This document shows positions 22,439 to 33,839 of a stretch of DNA of 33,839 bases, piece by piece; the stretch's first letter is position 1, and the number at the start of each line of letters is the position of its first letter. Origin of the DNA: Vezdaea acicularis (taxonomy: Eukaryota); the NCBI GenBank assembly GCA_026025075.1, contig JAPEUI010000156.1, positions 1 through 33,839 of the forward strand, in the 5' to 3' direction. The notes beneath the pieces are model-generated. The model searched no databases, had not been told where the DNA came from, and worked only from the letters and a program-made list of their open reading frames with translations. The position numbers and the translations under genes are program-made.

Positions 22439-22727
22439 ACGCTGCGTGACATCTGTGGCGTTTATGCACGAATGGCGCAATACGCTACCCGCATCGCCAC
22501 CGCGGCGTCAAGCCACTTCTGCACCGTCCGCGCTCCCGCCTCGCCCTAGCCCGAAATTCCGAAAGTTTCACGAACAGCTTATCTGGCCTATATACTGGCT
22601 TCATCATGAGCACCCTTCTCCGCGACGACCTCGTATGACCTCATCTGGCTCCGCGCAACCTGCCTCGGACTGAGATCTGGGCGTCCACTCTTTATCTAGC
22701 TCACTGGCGTCTTGTGGGGATCAGAAG

Positions 22728-24253
22728 ATGCTGGTCTTTTCGATATGGCTTCTCCTGGCCTTGGCGCCGTTAATACTGTGCGCCCAGGACTACTACGAGG
22801 TGAGCACGCGCGCCCCCGTGGACGTGACATGGCACGAATGCGGGCAATTGAATTTCCTACATTGTACACGGTTCTGACGAAAGTTATAGCTCCTGGGCAT
22901 CGACCGTCAGGCGGATGAGCGACACATCAAGAAGGCGTACCGAACATTAAGCAAGAAATACCACCCAGACAAGAATCCGTACGTTCTCCCTTTTCTTGTC
23001 CCCAACTCATAAGAATACCAAGCCCATTTGCTACTCCGACCCCCATTCCTCTCAAAGCCCTCTCAAGGCTTTGCCGTACATGCCCAAAAAAAAGCTTCTA
23101 CCCCTTCCCCCTTTCCTACGTACCGTCCGCCCTCGACCCAAACTCTCACTGACCAGCCCCTCTCCACAGAAACAACGACTCCGCCGCCAAGAAATTCGTC
23201 GAAATCGCCGACGCCTACGACGTCCTCTCCACACCCGAGACCCGCCGCATCTACGACCAATACGGGCACGACGGCGTCGAGCAACACCGCCAGCGCGGCG
23301 GCTCCGCCGGCCAACACCACGACCCCTTCGACCTCTTCCGCCAATTCTTCCCCGGCGCCGGCGGCGGGGGCCACTTCCAGAACGGCGGCCAACGCCGCGG
23401 CCCCAACCAAGAAGTCCGCGTCACCATCCCCCTGCGCGACTTCTACACTGGCGCCTCCCGCGAATTCAGCATCGAGAAGCAAGCCCTCTGCGACGAATGC
23501 GACGGTACCGGCAGCGAAGACGGCGCCACCGAGCCCTGTCCCTCCTGCGCCGGCCGCGGCGTCAAACTCACCAAACACATGCTCGCCCCCGGCATCTTCC
23601 AACAAGTCCAAGCCACCTGCGACCAATGCAGCGGCTCCGGCCACAAGATCCTGCACCCCTGCCCCACGTGCCACGGCCACAAAGTCCTCCGCAAAGTCTT
23701 CACGCACCCCCTCATCATCGAGCCCGGCGTGCCCAAGGGCCACCGCCTCGTCTTCGAAGGCGACGCAGACGAAAGCCCCGATTGGTCTCCCGGCGACTTG
23801 ATCGTCCATCTAGACGAACACCCACCCCTCTCCCCTGCCTCCAACCCCAACGAAGCAGACCGCACAGACGGCGCCTTCTTCCGCCGTCGCGGCCCCCACC
23901 TCCTCTGGACCGAACTCCTCTCTCTCCGCGAAGCCTGGATGGGGGATTGGTCCCGCAACCTCACCCACCTCGACGGCCACATCGTCCCCCTCCGCCGCCC
24001 CCGCGGCAGCACCGTCCAGCCCCGCACCCTCGAAGTCGTCAAGGGCGAGGGCATGCCCGCCTGGGAGGGCGCCGAGCAGGGCGATTTGTTGGTCGAGTAT
24101 CTCGTCGTCCTCCCGGATCAGATGGATAGCGGCATGGAGAAGGAGTTCTGGGCGCTGTGGGAGAAGTGGCGGCGGAAGAGCGGGGTTCATCTGGGCAGGG
24201 ATAGTGGGAGGCCGAATGGCGGCGCGGGGGAGGGTGGGAGGGATGAGCTGTGA
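22728..24253 (+). CDS. SCJ1: ER-lumenal type I DnaJ/Hsp40 co-chaperone (Scj1-like), ~414 aa
   Basis: Signal peptide [20 protein letters not shown] domain QDYYELLG...KKYHPDKNP, four zinc-finger repeats ([32 protein letters not shown]), C-terminal RDEL. Exons 22728-22799, 22890-22978, 23170-24253. Confidence 0.93.
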
Positions 24254-24334
24254 GTATAGAGAGCGCTGGGTTTTTTATAGACTCGTGGGCATTTTAATGG
24301 CATGGTTTCTTGCGTTTCTTTCAAACATTTGTAT

Positions 24335-24350
24335 GTGTGTGTGTGTGTGT
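24335..24350. repeat. (GT)8 microsatellite in the SCJ1 3' region
   Basis: gtgtgtgtgtgtgtgt. Confidence 0.85.
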
Positions 24351-24627
24351 TTGGTTTTGGACGGGTTAGATCTAAGCATGGCAGTCATCTGCAGCGTATG
24401 GGACGTTCTATTCTAAACCCTCGCTCCCGCTCTCACAGAACCTGCGAGCTCTCCTCATTTACCGCCTCTTCATCCACCACCTCCGGCGCGCGCACGCGCG
24501 GCCGTCCCATTGGCGGCATCTTGGGCTACAACAGAAGAAAACATTAACAGCCCCCTCTCAAGTTTTACACAGAAAAAGGGGTATCGTTTATTCCGGGCCA
24601 AGAGGAAGAAAAGGGGGTAAGGAGGTT

Positions 24628-26167
24628 TCAACTCACAGGTTTCGGCTGAGCGATCCCACGGACCTGGACGCCGCCCGTCATGGGCGTCGACGAGGTGGAC
24701 TCCATTATGGGCGGCGGAGGGGGGTACCACGGCGCCGCCGAGGGATCCAAGGGAATTCGCGAGCGTTGTTCAGCTATCGGAGTGTATTCCCCCCGGATCT
24801 CCGGGCCCCAGGGGTCATGGTCCGGTAACTCTGCGACGCCGCCCGTCATAGCCTCCGACGAGGCGGAATCCGTCATGGGCTGCGGAGGAGGGAATTGCTG
24901 CGAGCCATGCCGGGAAATTGTTTGAGAGGATCGATGCTGGTCCATCAGGCTCCAGGGGCCATCGTCCAGTGAATCTGCGACGCTGGCCTCCGAGTAACTT
25001 TCGGGAGTGTGACTGTGGCGATAACGATAGGGTGCGGGCTGCTGCCCGTATGGACTCCGGGGAGGCTGGTAATGCGCATCCGGGTGACTTGCGGGAGTGG
25101 GACTGTGGGAAACATAATAGTGTACGGGCTGCCGCCAGTCTGGACTGGGGGAATAACGGTAATGCGTGGCATGCTGCCAGCCTGGACTGGGCTGCTGTTG
25201 TTGCGGCGGTTGTTGCTGTTCTGGTGGTGGTTCCTGTTGCGGGGGCGGTGCCTGTTGCTGGGGCGGGCACGGGAACAAGGGCGGGGGCGGGTACAGTTCA
25301 CGCCCGTGATATCGTTCGTTGATTATCGGGGGCGTACCCTGTGCAGATAGCTCTTCTTCTAGATCTAGACGGGGAGGCACTGGATGGGATTTTGGCAGCC
25401 GATCAGCTTCAGGGGGATGTCGCACAGGCCGTGGTCGAGTTGTGGATGCACAGCTTGCTTTACTAACGGGTACGATCTCATCTGGAGATCCGGTTATTGC
25501 AGGAGATCTGCCCAACCAATTGTTCCCTTCATGGGCCTCGGCATCTTCGACAGACCCTATAGAGTCTTGTTGGGAGTCGTGCCGCTCACCATGCTCTGTA
25601 TTTCCTTATGAGCGGAAGATGCTCGAGGCCCCTGAAGAAAAGGGGGGTCTTACTAAACTTCCTAGAACTATACTCCAAGCTTCTTCTCTGAGTCTTTACT
25701 TCACCGTCAGTGCCGTGTCCTCTTAGTTGCCTATCGGCGGAGGAAATAAGGACCGTTCACCCATACCATGGAGAGCTCTCCTCGAGCCGTTACAGTGTAC
25801 TTGGATATGTGCTAGTGACATGAATTAGAGCCCATAAATCATCGGGTACAATCATGAGACTTACCTCCGGACGCCTCTCGTATATATATCCATCACGTTC
25901 AAGCGTTCCCCCTTTCCTCTCAAACTCGACCTTCGCATCGCTCCCTAAATACTCACGGATTTGAGCTATCAGAGGCTCGGAGTCGAGACTTTCTGCGTCC
26001 GATTCCTGAGGATATTCCCTGGTGATATATCCTCCGCTATCCAACGTCCGATGTATTCTGGCTCTATCTCTGCTGCCATCCCGCTTCCTCGATCTTCTAG
26101 CTTTAAGGCGCCCTTCCGCTGAACCCCGAGATTTTGCGGACCCAAAATCGTTTATCGAGGAGCTCAT
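24628..26167 (-). CDS. Hypothetical Pro/Gln/His-rich protein with small N-terminal domain and PAM2-like motif; ~4 exons
   Basis: MSSSINDF...IREYLGSDAKVEF...RRPE (GTAAGT donor) | HISKYTVTARGELSM (GTATGG) | TQRRSLEYSSRKF (GTAAGA) | KHGERHDSQ..., in frame with the 295-aa ORF ending at 24628. Confidence 0.65.
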
Positions 26168-26821
26168 CGTGACAACAGAAATGATACGAGGGCAAGATGA
26201 GAAAAATTGCTTATTATGACATAGATAAGAGTATGCTGCGCTTAAGCGGCCGCCCGGTGCGATAATATACAATTCCAAGACGCGGCTGAGCTATCGCAGT
26301 CGTACGTTTCATGATGCAGAATGCAGCCGACGAATCAGAACATTGTGGGGTTGCAATCCGTGTTTAGCTCAGCCTTGCCAGAAGATATCTCATTGTCAGC
26401 GAGCCCAGTTGAGGATCATAGGATGAAATCCTTATCTCTGGTTGGACAGAAACAGTTGATTCCGGCACATCCTCGCCACATGATAAAGCGGCCAAAAAGG
26501 TATGTATTGTGCGGGGAGATGGAGCGTAGTCCGTGATACTTCGACTTGATAGCTAAGCTTTTCGCTTCCTCTAACACAAGCGCACGTTGGGCGGTTCAAA
26601 AATCCTCCGAGATTATTCAGCAAATTGATCTTGCATGAAGCGTTTAGAGTATTGTATATACATTCAAATGTAGTGCCAGACACCTTATATGCTTTTCCGA
26701 CTTAAGTCACCACGACTATCATACACTGCTGGCCCACCCCTCCTATTACAGCCGGAGGCATCATTTACCGACTCGTCAACCATCACCGAAGGCGAAGATA
26801 ACATCAGATCTGAATCAACAC

Positions 26822-28116
26822 TCAACCTGCCTGATATAAAGCGGGGCCGGCGACCACATGCGGGTTGATCATGCTCAGGTTGAATGGGGTGACTGTGACG
26901 TTGGCATCAGTAAGTGCCACGAACATTGTGCCGTTGACCGCTGGATCACCAGCAAATGTGGACATGTTTGGCTGAATAGTCATGCCGGTATTGCCACTGA
27001 TGTTCGTGAGCGCCGAATACGTAGCATTCAGCTGCGATACCCAGACCACATATGCCGGAGCACTAGCCGTGGTGCTCGTAGTGTAGCTATTGTTTGGACC
27101 CACACCCTTTCCAGGGTTCTCCCAGGAGAAGTAGACTTGGCGTCCAGGGTACGAAAGAGGTATTGTGCGATTATGAGTGATGGCTGGACCACAAGAACTG
27201 TTACAAGATGCACTCCCGGGAATGGAGGATATAGATTCGTTGAAGCCCGTGAGGTTGGCGTTTGCTCGAGCAGGGTTGGGTTGGTTGACTACAGTCAAGG
27301 CTGGGAAATTTTGCCATGCAAGACGAGTCTGATTTGCAGGGCATGACTTAATATAAGGAGCAAGGAGCGTCCAGCCCCACGACTGGGGAATGCCGGTCTC
27401 GAACCACACAGGCATGGGGAAAAGACCATCAAATTGACGGAAGATCATCTGCTGACGCGCCTCCGTGGAGATGGATTGAAGGAGTAGTGTAGCCGCTTCG
27501 CGTGAATTGAGATGATTCATGAATCCGTACACACCAGACTCTCCGAATCGTGTCAACTTCTGGCAGAAGTCGAGGAACTCTCGAACGGTAGTGAAAGGGT
27601 ATTGATATGTGCATTGGACTGGTGCAGCTGGTCCAAGAATATTAGTGAGTAGGGTGGCGTGCCCAACTTCCTGGTCAGCCATGAATTCAATTAAAAATCG
27701 GTCCTCAGCATTCAACCCTGCTGCATCGAATTCCGCCGTTGTGAATCGAGCGAGGCCGTTATGGAAAAGATCAAGTTCAATCCATTCCTGATATAGAGCG
27801 AGTGCCTATTCAGGATATGTCAGAGGCTGGTGAAGTATAAGGTATATGCCACACTCACGATTGACTCAAAGTCGAAGTCGCTCTGAACAACATAGACGGG
27901 CTCACTGCCGTTGGTACCTAATCCTCCAGCAGGCGTGTATGGTGCGGGCTCTGGCGCATGCAATTTGCCATCACGAGGATAACTCGTGGCATCTGGTCCC
28001 GGGGGCAGTGCTGGAATGCTAGGGGCCAGCACGCTGGTTGTTATTGCTTGAGGAAGTGCACCAACGCTCAACGGCACGGCAAGCAGAGCAATCGAGAGTG
28101 CAAATTGAAAACCCAT
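26822..28116 (-). CDS. rds1: Rds1-like secreted ferritin-fold stress-response protein, ~413 aa
   Basis: Signal peptide; SDFDFESIALALYQEWIELDLFH...MADQEVGHATLL...LTRFGESGVYGF...STEARQQMIFRQF. Exons 28116-27859 and 27805-26822; intron GTGAGT..CTGAC..TAG. Confidence 0.85.
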
Positions 28117-29603
28117 GACGAATGCTGCAATGCTTCGACGACCTTTGAATAGAGATTTAAGACTTTGAAAGGAAAATCATGGAGGCCAAAGCCTTTCATA
28201 TGGAGTCCGCGAGAGCTTGGCCACAGCGCATAGTGACGATTTCGCCATGTTCCGAGGTACAGGCTGAGCTGACGTACTTTCGCAAGCGTCAGTCAGCATT
28301 GCCCATTGATTCTCTATAGCTGCAGAGCTTCAGACTGGCATAGTGATACATGACGTTAAGAAGACGTGATGTATTTCAGTACGTCAGTACCTTGATCATA
28401 TATCGGAAGCTTGCCGTTACTTAGAACAACTGGTTCCCTGCGGCAAAAACGGCAAGTGGTTGCCGACATCCCGAAGTTACCTAGCGCCGGTCTTTGCGGA
28501 AAGTCTATGATGGCATGCCTGCCTGGAGGAAAGAGGAAAATGCGTTTCTCCACAGCGAAAGCAACCATTGCATTGGTCGAGAGTTATCCTAGCTAGCCAT
28601 CTAGTTGACCTGCGTTGCATGGATCTCGTCACGTTTTCGTCAGATCCAGACCCTTCTGGCTGATTGGTTTTTGACTCTGCGGATACCCTTCTACACATTC
28701 GGCAGTTCAGGTTTCCGAAAACCAGTCAAAGAAGGCTCCGCAATAGAAAATAGAACTAACTAGTGGGGCCCTAAAATATGAGACAGGTCTTTTTGACTGT
28801 TGCATCTCGCTATGGAAAAGGCTGTAGGATGCCTTCAGCCAGTTCCTCCCTAATATCTCTAGCTGTTTGGATACAACAATTAGTCTTCATACGATGAAAT
28901 GACGGCTAAACCTTCAATCGTACAGCCGGCTACAACCTAAGCTCCTGATGCGGCGAGTGAGACCCTAGGATTCTACTTGAAGGATGTCCCTATTTGAGCT
29001 ATGTTTGTATTGGAATTCCCACCCAATGCGCAGGGTCTTATATTCTTATCCATTCGTTCGTGAACTGAAAGGCGCCGTTGCGACGACTTAAGAGAAAGAA
29101 TGGCAGTTGCGTATGTCCAAGAGGGGTCTTGATGGTCAGCTGTTTGACCTTGTCAAACAACAGATACCAATCATTGGGGTATCACTACCATTATGCTCTG
29201 CGCTTGGAAACAATGGGACATCTTGCAGAGGGCGAGTCCTACACGGACCATCCAGATCATAACTGCGTTGTGTTCAGAAGTAACCAAGGAGGGGATCCGT
29301 CTCGTTGTCTTCTAGAAAAGCTCCCGAATTTTCCAGATCTGCAACGCCGTCTAGGAGACTTGTTTCTTTCCTCTCTTTGTCTAGCGAATCATGCTGAAAG
29401 GCAAACAAGTCCACTGTCTCCGAGCGTTTTCAGATAACAATGTGAACACTCAGAACACTTCATACCTTGTTTTTCCTTTGGCTCTCCCGTTCTGGTTGCA
29501 GTCATTTTGCTGTGAATACTTGAAGATCCTAGCGGGTATATCGCTCCTTGATTCATTTTCACTCACTTCGTACAATATCAAATAACCGATATTCTACGAG
29601 AAA

Positions 29604-30131
29604 ATGATGTCGACTCCTCCTACAAGAGGTGGTGCTCCCACCCCAGAATCAGCCCGCGAAATCAAGCGCATCCTTTCGCTGCCTCCGTCATCATTTTCAC
29701 TAATACTCAACTCCCCTAGCCCCTTCTCTGCGCTCTCTATAAGAAAGTCTTACCACGCCCTCTCCCTTCTGGTACATCCTGACAAGACCAGCTGCGAAAA
29801 CGCGAATGAAGCCATGGTACTTCTTACGAACGCCTATCAGGAACTGGAGAATGCTCGTAAGAATGGAGATAGGTGGAATCCGACACATCTCTTTGACGAT
29901 GCGAAGTTCGTAAATTTGAGCAAGGATACAAGGACCGAAACGGAAAAAGAGCACCCGTTTATGCGGCGATTTAGAGAAGAGAGAGAAGGAAAGTGGGGTC
30001 CAGATGGGAGGGGCCCGTTCAGTGATCATGGGGATGTGAGTAAGCCGCCATTTAGCACATGGCTTGCCGTGCTTCCCATCCTCATCGTGGGTCTGGGCAT
30101 AGTGGCTCATCACTACTTAACAGTAAACTAA
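29604..30131 (+). CDS. Small J-domain protein with C-terminal transmembrane anchor, 175 aa
   Basis: IRKSYHALSLLVHPDK...ANEAMVLLTNAYQEL (HPD motif); hydrophobic tail WLAVLPILIVGLGIVA seven residues from the stop. Confidence 0.8.
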   Translation: MMSTPPTRGGAPTPESAREIKRILSLPPSSFSLILNSPSPFSALSIRKSYHALSLLVHPDKTSCENANEAMVLLTNAYQELENARKNGDRWNPTHLFDDAKFVNLSKDTRTETEKEHPFMRRFREEREGKWGPDGRGPFSDHGDVSKPPFSTWLAVLPILIVGLGIVAHHYLTVN

Positions 30132-31079
30132 TATCTTCCTAGTCGTAACCCTAATGATAACAGTTCAGAGACATTGATACTCTATATTAGGAGAAGCATA
30201 GGGGACTTTTAACCTTGCTTGCTGCTAAAGGTTTGTATCATTCATTCGATTTGGAACTGATTGGTTGTGTGCAATTTGGAGCATTCATCCGATTCACAGT
30301 ATTTCCTTCCTTCAAACAAGTAGCAGGTGATGCGTGTACGTATTCTCAATATGATGACAGTGTTATCTTCATTTCAGGTCATAAGGAACATGATCATATC
30401 CTATTCTTGGAGTCATCAGATCATATTGTGCTTGATTTGCTTCTTGACCCGGAGGTAGAGCCCCATGCATGCCCGTCGCTTTCAAACACCCCTGAGTATC
30501 TAGAAAGATAATCGATCAAGCATATTTCACATGATCTGGCACACATTACTACAGAAATTTTTACAGTAATAGAAAAGCCACATAAGCTTTTATGGATTTT
30601 GTAGGTGTGCCCATAGGGGGTGAGCGTGTTCACAGCCAACAGCCCCAAATCATTGTTTGTGCCTGCTTCCAGAGCCCGGCCTTTTCTTAGTATGTAAAAC
30701 ACATTAACTTACTAGCCTTCAATCCCGTTAAAGGATCATGTGCATGTTGGCTTGGGCAAGCTCTTAGGCATTGAGTAACTGCTGCTGCGATCCTTGAGGT
30801 CTTCAAACAGCCGAAAGCTTTAACCACCAGCTTGCTTTTACCTAAAAGCCAGACTACCGAAGATGCTCGATGTCAAGTATGAAACTTGAAGTAAAACTGG
30901 GCGCAGAATAAATGCTCTAATTCCAGTCTAGTTTAAGGCTATAGAACAGCAAATCCCTATATCTCCAATAGAGATGTCCAAGAGAAGAACTCACGCTAGG
31001 AGAAACCATCATGCCTTCAATTTCGCTTTCCACGGTGGAGCATATGTTAGCCATTTCTATTCATGGTCTGCCCCTTATT

Positions 31080-33123
31080 TTACAAGTGCGCCTGCTCTGC
31101 TTTCTGCCATGATCCTACCAAAGCACTCAATTCCTTCTCTGCCAACTCCTTCTGCACTCGTGGATCATACATACGCTCCCGAATATACTCATCTAGCTGC
31201 TCATCATTCAAGTTACTGATGTGAGTCTCACGATCGTATTTGCCCTTCTGAGCGGCGCGGATGACGCCCCGAGCGACTATGACGCTTACATCGCGGATAC
31301 GGTCTACCTCGGGGTAAAGCCAGCCCTTAGACTTCTCTTCATCGGTGAGCGATGTACTGAGCGCAACGGCAGATGCGTAGATCATATCCTGACTGATGCT
31401 TACGGCTTTGGAGACAATAGCACCAAGGCCTATGCCTGGAAAGACATACATGTTGTTTCCTTGGCCGGGGGAGTGAACTTTGCCGTTGATTTCGTAGTCA
31501 GGAAACGGGCTGCCACTGGCAAAGAGAGCACGTCCTTCGGTACACTCCATCGCGTCCTCGAAGGTACATTCGGATGCAGTAGACGGGTTTGAGAGCGGGA
31601 AGATGATAGGTTTGTCGTTCAGTTCGCCCATACGAGTGAGGATTTTGTTGGTAAAGATCCCGCCGATGGTGCAGAGACCCATCAACATAGTTGGCTTTAC
31701 GTACTCAATAACTTCTTCGAGGGTCTTGTACTGTTTGCCATCATTGTCGTCTCGCGCAAAGTAGGTTTTGTGGTCTGCAAGTTTGTCGCCCCGATCATTG
31801 GTTACAAGTCCCTACTACAATTTTAGCTCTATGTTTTAGCAATCTGGGGTAGGTGTTTACCTTTGAGTCAACAAGCCAGAAGCAGCGACGAGCTTCATCT
31901 TCAGTAAGACCTTCCTTGACAAAGAATTCTACTATTTCCTTTGCGACACCAACGCCCGCGCTTCCTGCGCCCATGAAAACCGCTCTATGTTCCTTGACAT
32001 GCTTGCCCGTATGTCTCACCGCATTGATAACACCAGCAAGGATTACCGCTCCTGTCCCCTGAACGTCGTCATTGAACATGACATAGGTGTCACGATATCT
32101 TTCCAGAGCATGGAAAGGGTTCTTCCAATCCTCAAACTGGATGACAATACTGCTCAATGTTAGTCTATCCTAAGCTCCATACCAATGCACAAACTCACCC
32201 TGGCCATTTTTCAGTCAGTGCAGCCATCAATTCATCCAGGAATTCCTCCTCCTGGTCAGGGGTAATCTTCTCGTGCTTATTGCCCATGTACAGGGGATCC
32301 TCCCAATTTTCTTTGTTGTTAGTGCCAAAGTCCAGCATCAATGGAAGAGTACCCTCGGGGTGTATGCCAGCGCATGCTGTGTAAAGCGCCAACTTTCCAA
32401 CAGGTATACCCATACCATTGACGCCTAGATCTCCGAGACCTAAGATTCGAGACCCATCAGTCACAACTGTCATTTCTACATGAGCCTGTGGCCAGTTGTT
32501 GAGTAGGGTAGCTATTGAGCCGCGGTCCGAATACGAAAGATATAACCCTAGTCAGGTTAGTTGTGACTCCGTATGCAATGAAAGCAGGGTACGAAACCCT
32601 CGGGCTGTTGATAGATCTGAGACCATTTTTGACAGGCCTCTCCAACTACTGGCGTATAAATCAATGGAGTGATATCCTGAGTCTCTTTAGTCCTGCGTAT
32701 AGGGTCTCAGTGAGCAATGCCTACCTTTAGATGAGCCAGCACCAATCGGTAGAAAACGTGGACATTATTATTCCTGAGAGTACTTAGATACTCATATTTC
32801 TCAATTGGCTCCTTTTTCGAGTCCAATTGCTTCAAGCCTTTAGAAAATGTTCAGTATAATTCAATTATATCCAAACGTGAACAATGAGCTTCATTACATC
32901 TCGATATTTGTGTTTCGTGGTTTTCGACACTTGGTGGGGTAAGCCCATAAGTGCGGAGGTACTTCCGTACCTCTTGCGAGAGGGATGTGTCGAAGTCGCC
33001 ACTCCTAACCACGATAAGCTCCCAAATATCGAAGTTCAGATGTATTTACCCAACAAGCATCGGCTTGGCACGCGATGGGCCCATAGATTGCTTAATATTT
33101 GTCTTTGGGTGAGCCGCAGCCAT
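31080..33123 (-). CDS. MAE1: Malic enzyme, NAD(P)-dependent; 7 exons; optional in-frame upstream start at 33255
   Basis: PLIYTPVVGEAC, VVTDGSRILGLGDLGVNGMGIPVGKLALY, IQFEDW, FNDDVQGTG, GAGSAGVG, PIIFPLSNP, GQGNNMYVFPGIGLG. Six GT-AG introns; ends QAHL*. Confidence 0.95.
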
Positions 33124-33839
33124 TGTCACTGATGAGTACTTCGCGTTGATCGAACAAGTAGAGAGAAAATAAGTCCCCAATGTCGAATTGATTCTCGAGA
33201 TAGAGATCGCGTGCTTAGTTGTCAACCGGGACAGCCCCGATATAAGTAGTGGCATTGACGACAGTCAAGCTCTACGATCGCCAGCGGGCTACTCCGAGTG
33301 CAGAACTTTTTTTTACTCCACCAAAAACAAAACACTGGCAGAAAAGCGGGATATGAGCGTGCAAAGGTTGAGTTGTCATCAGTGGTCAAAACGCATCTAG
33401 CAGCGCCTCTCTAGATACCAATTGGACGCCTTGCACTTACTCAATGGATAGTAGGTGCTCCAACAAATAGGAAGTCGTGGAGGCATGGATTGTGGGATGT
33501 TTTGTTCTCGTGTGTGAGCTGGGTCGCATGTGCCTCTAGCTTGACCGCCTTCTCTAGTACACATTTCTATCCTAATTTTCGGGAAAGCCCGGTACCAAAT
33601 TTCGCACGTGCGCATCGGCATATTGCTTTGCGATCATTACTTTTCAATGCACTTTTGATGGTCTACAGATCTATACTAGTATTTCAGGACAAAGCTGGAG
33701 CTTTGATTTTAGCTCAATACGAACAAATCCATCGCATTTGCTTCACGTGGTCAGAAAACTCCCTGCAAGAACCATGCGGCTATTTCTGAGCTATGATCGA
33801 GAACTGACGTAGTGATGTGGTCGCCATGGAACTACTAAG

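Noticed and set aside
20005..22452. Many 60-220-aa ORFs in the RRM-SCJ1 intergenic region
   Set aside because: Overlapping on both strands, low complexity, often non-ATG starts, no recognisable domains.
22996..24190. Alternative-frame and antisense ORFs over SCJ1 (377, 257, 248, 203 aa)
   Set aside because: Arg/Pro- or Ala/Thr/Ser-rich translations expected from strong C-ending codon bias.
28200..29600. Short ORFs or a possible transposon relic upstream of the Rds1-like gene
   Set aside because: No transposase/RT motifs, terminal repeats or splice-consistent frame seen.
1..33839. CRISPR arrays, rRNA/tRNA genes, prokaryotic operons or defence systems
   Set aside because: The sequence is eukaryotic with spliceosomal introns; no spaced direct repeats or RNA-gene signatures were seen by eye.

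Overview
Intron-containing, gene-dense DNA from a filamentous ascomycete (Pezizomycotina-type genes; short GT-AG introns with CTRAC-like branch points). About 14 protein-coding genes: the 3' end of peroxisomal ABC transporter PXA1, an unknown 164-aa ORF, a single-pass membrane protein, a Baeyer-Villiger-type flavin monooxygenase, NPR2, HIS4, a spliced degenerate EF1A-like G-domain gene missed by the ORF track, two fungal hypothetical genes, a Nam8/Csx1/Ngr1-type triple-RRM protein, ER Hsp40 SCJ1, a Pro/Gln-rich protein with a PAM2-like motif, an Rds1-like ferritin-fold protein, a tail-anchored J-protein and malic enzyme. No rRNA, tRNA, CRISPR array or recognisable transposon was seen. Highlights: (1) the last intron of the Nam8-like gene looks like a [D1,2] spliceosomal twin intron (stwintron). 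Its first splicing step creates a stop codon and a new donor at the same bases; the second step adds a 69-aa C-terminus, a possible autoregulatory switch. (2) A stand-alone, apparently dead EF1A-like pseudo-GTPase lies head-to-head with a HIS4 lacking its usual N-terminal region. (3) Malic enzyme has both a mitochondrial-type N-terminal extension and a PTS1-type C-terminus. All exon models were derived by hand and family calls rest on recalled motifs; no searches were run.
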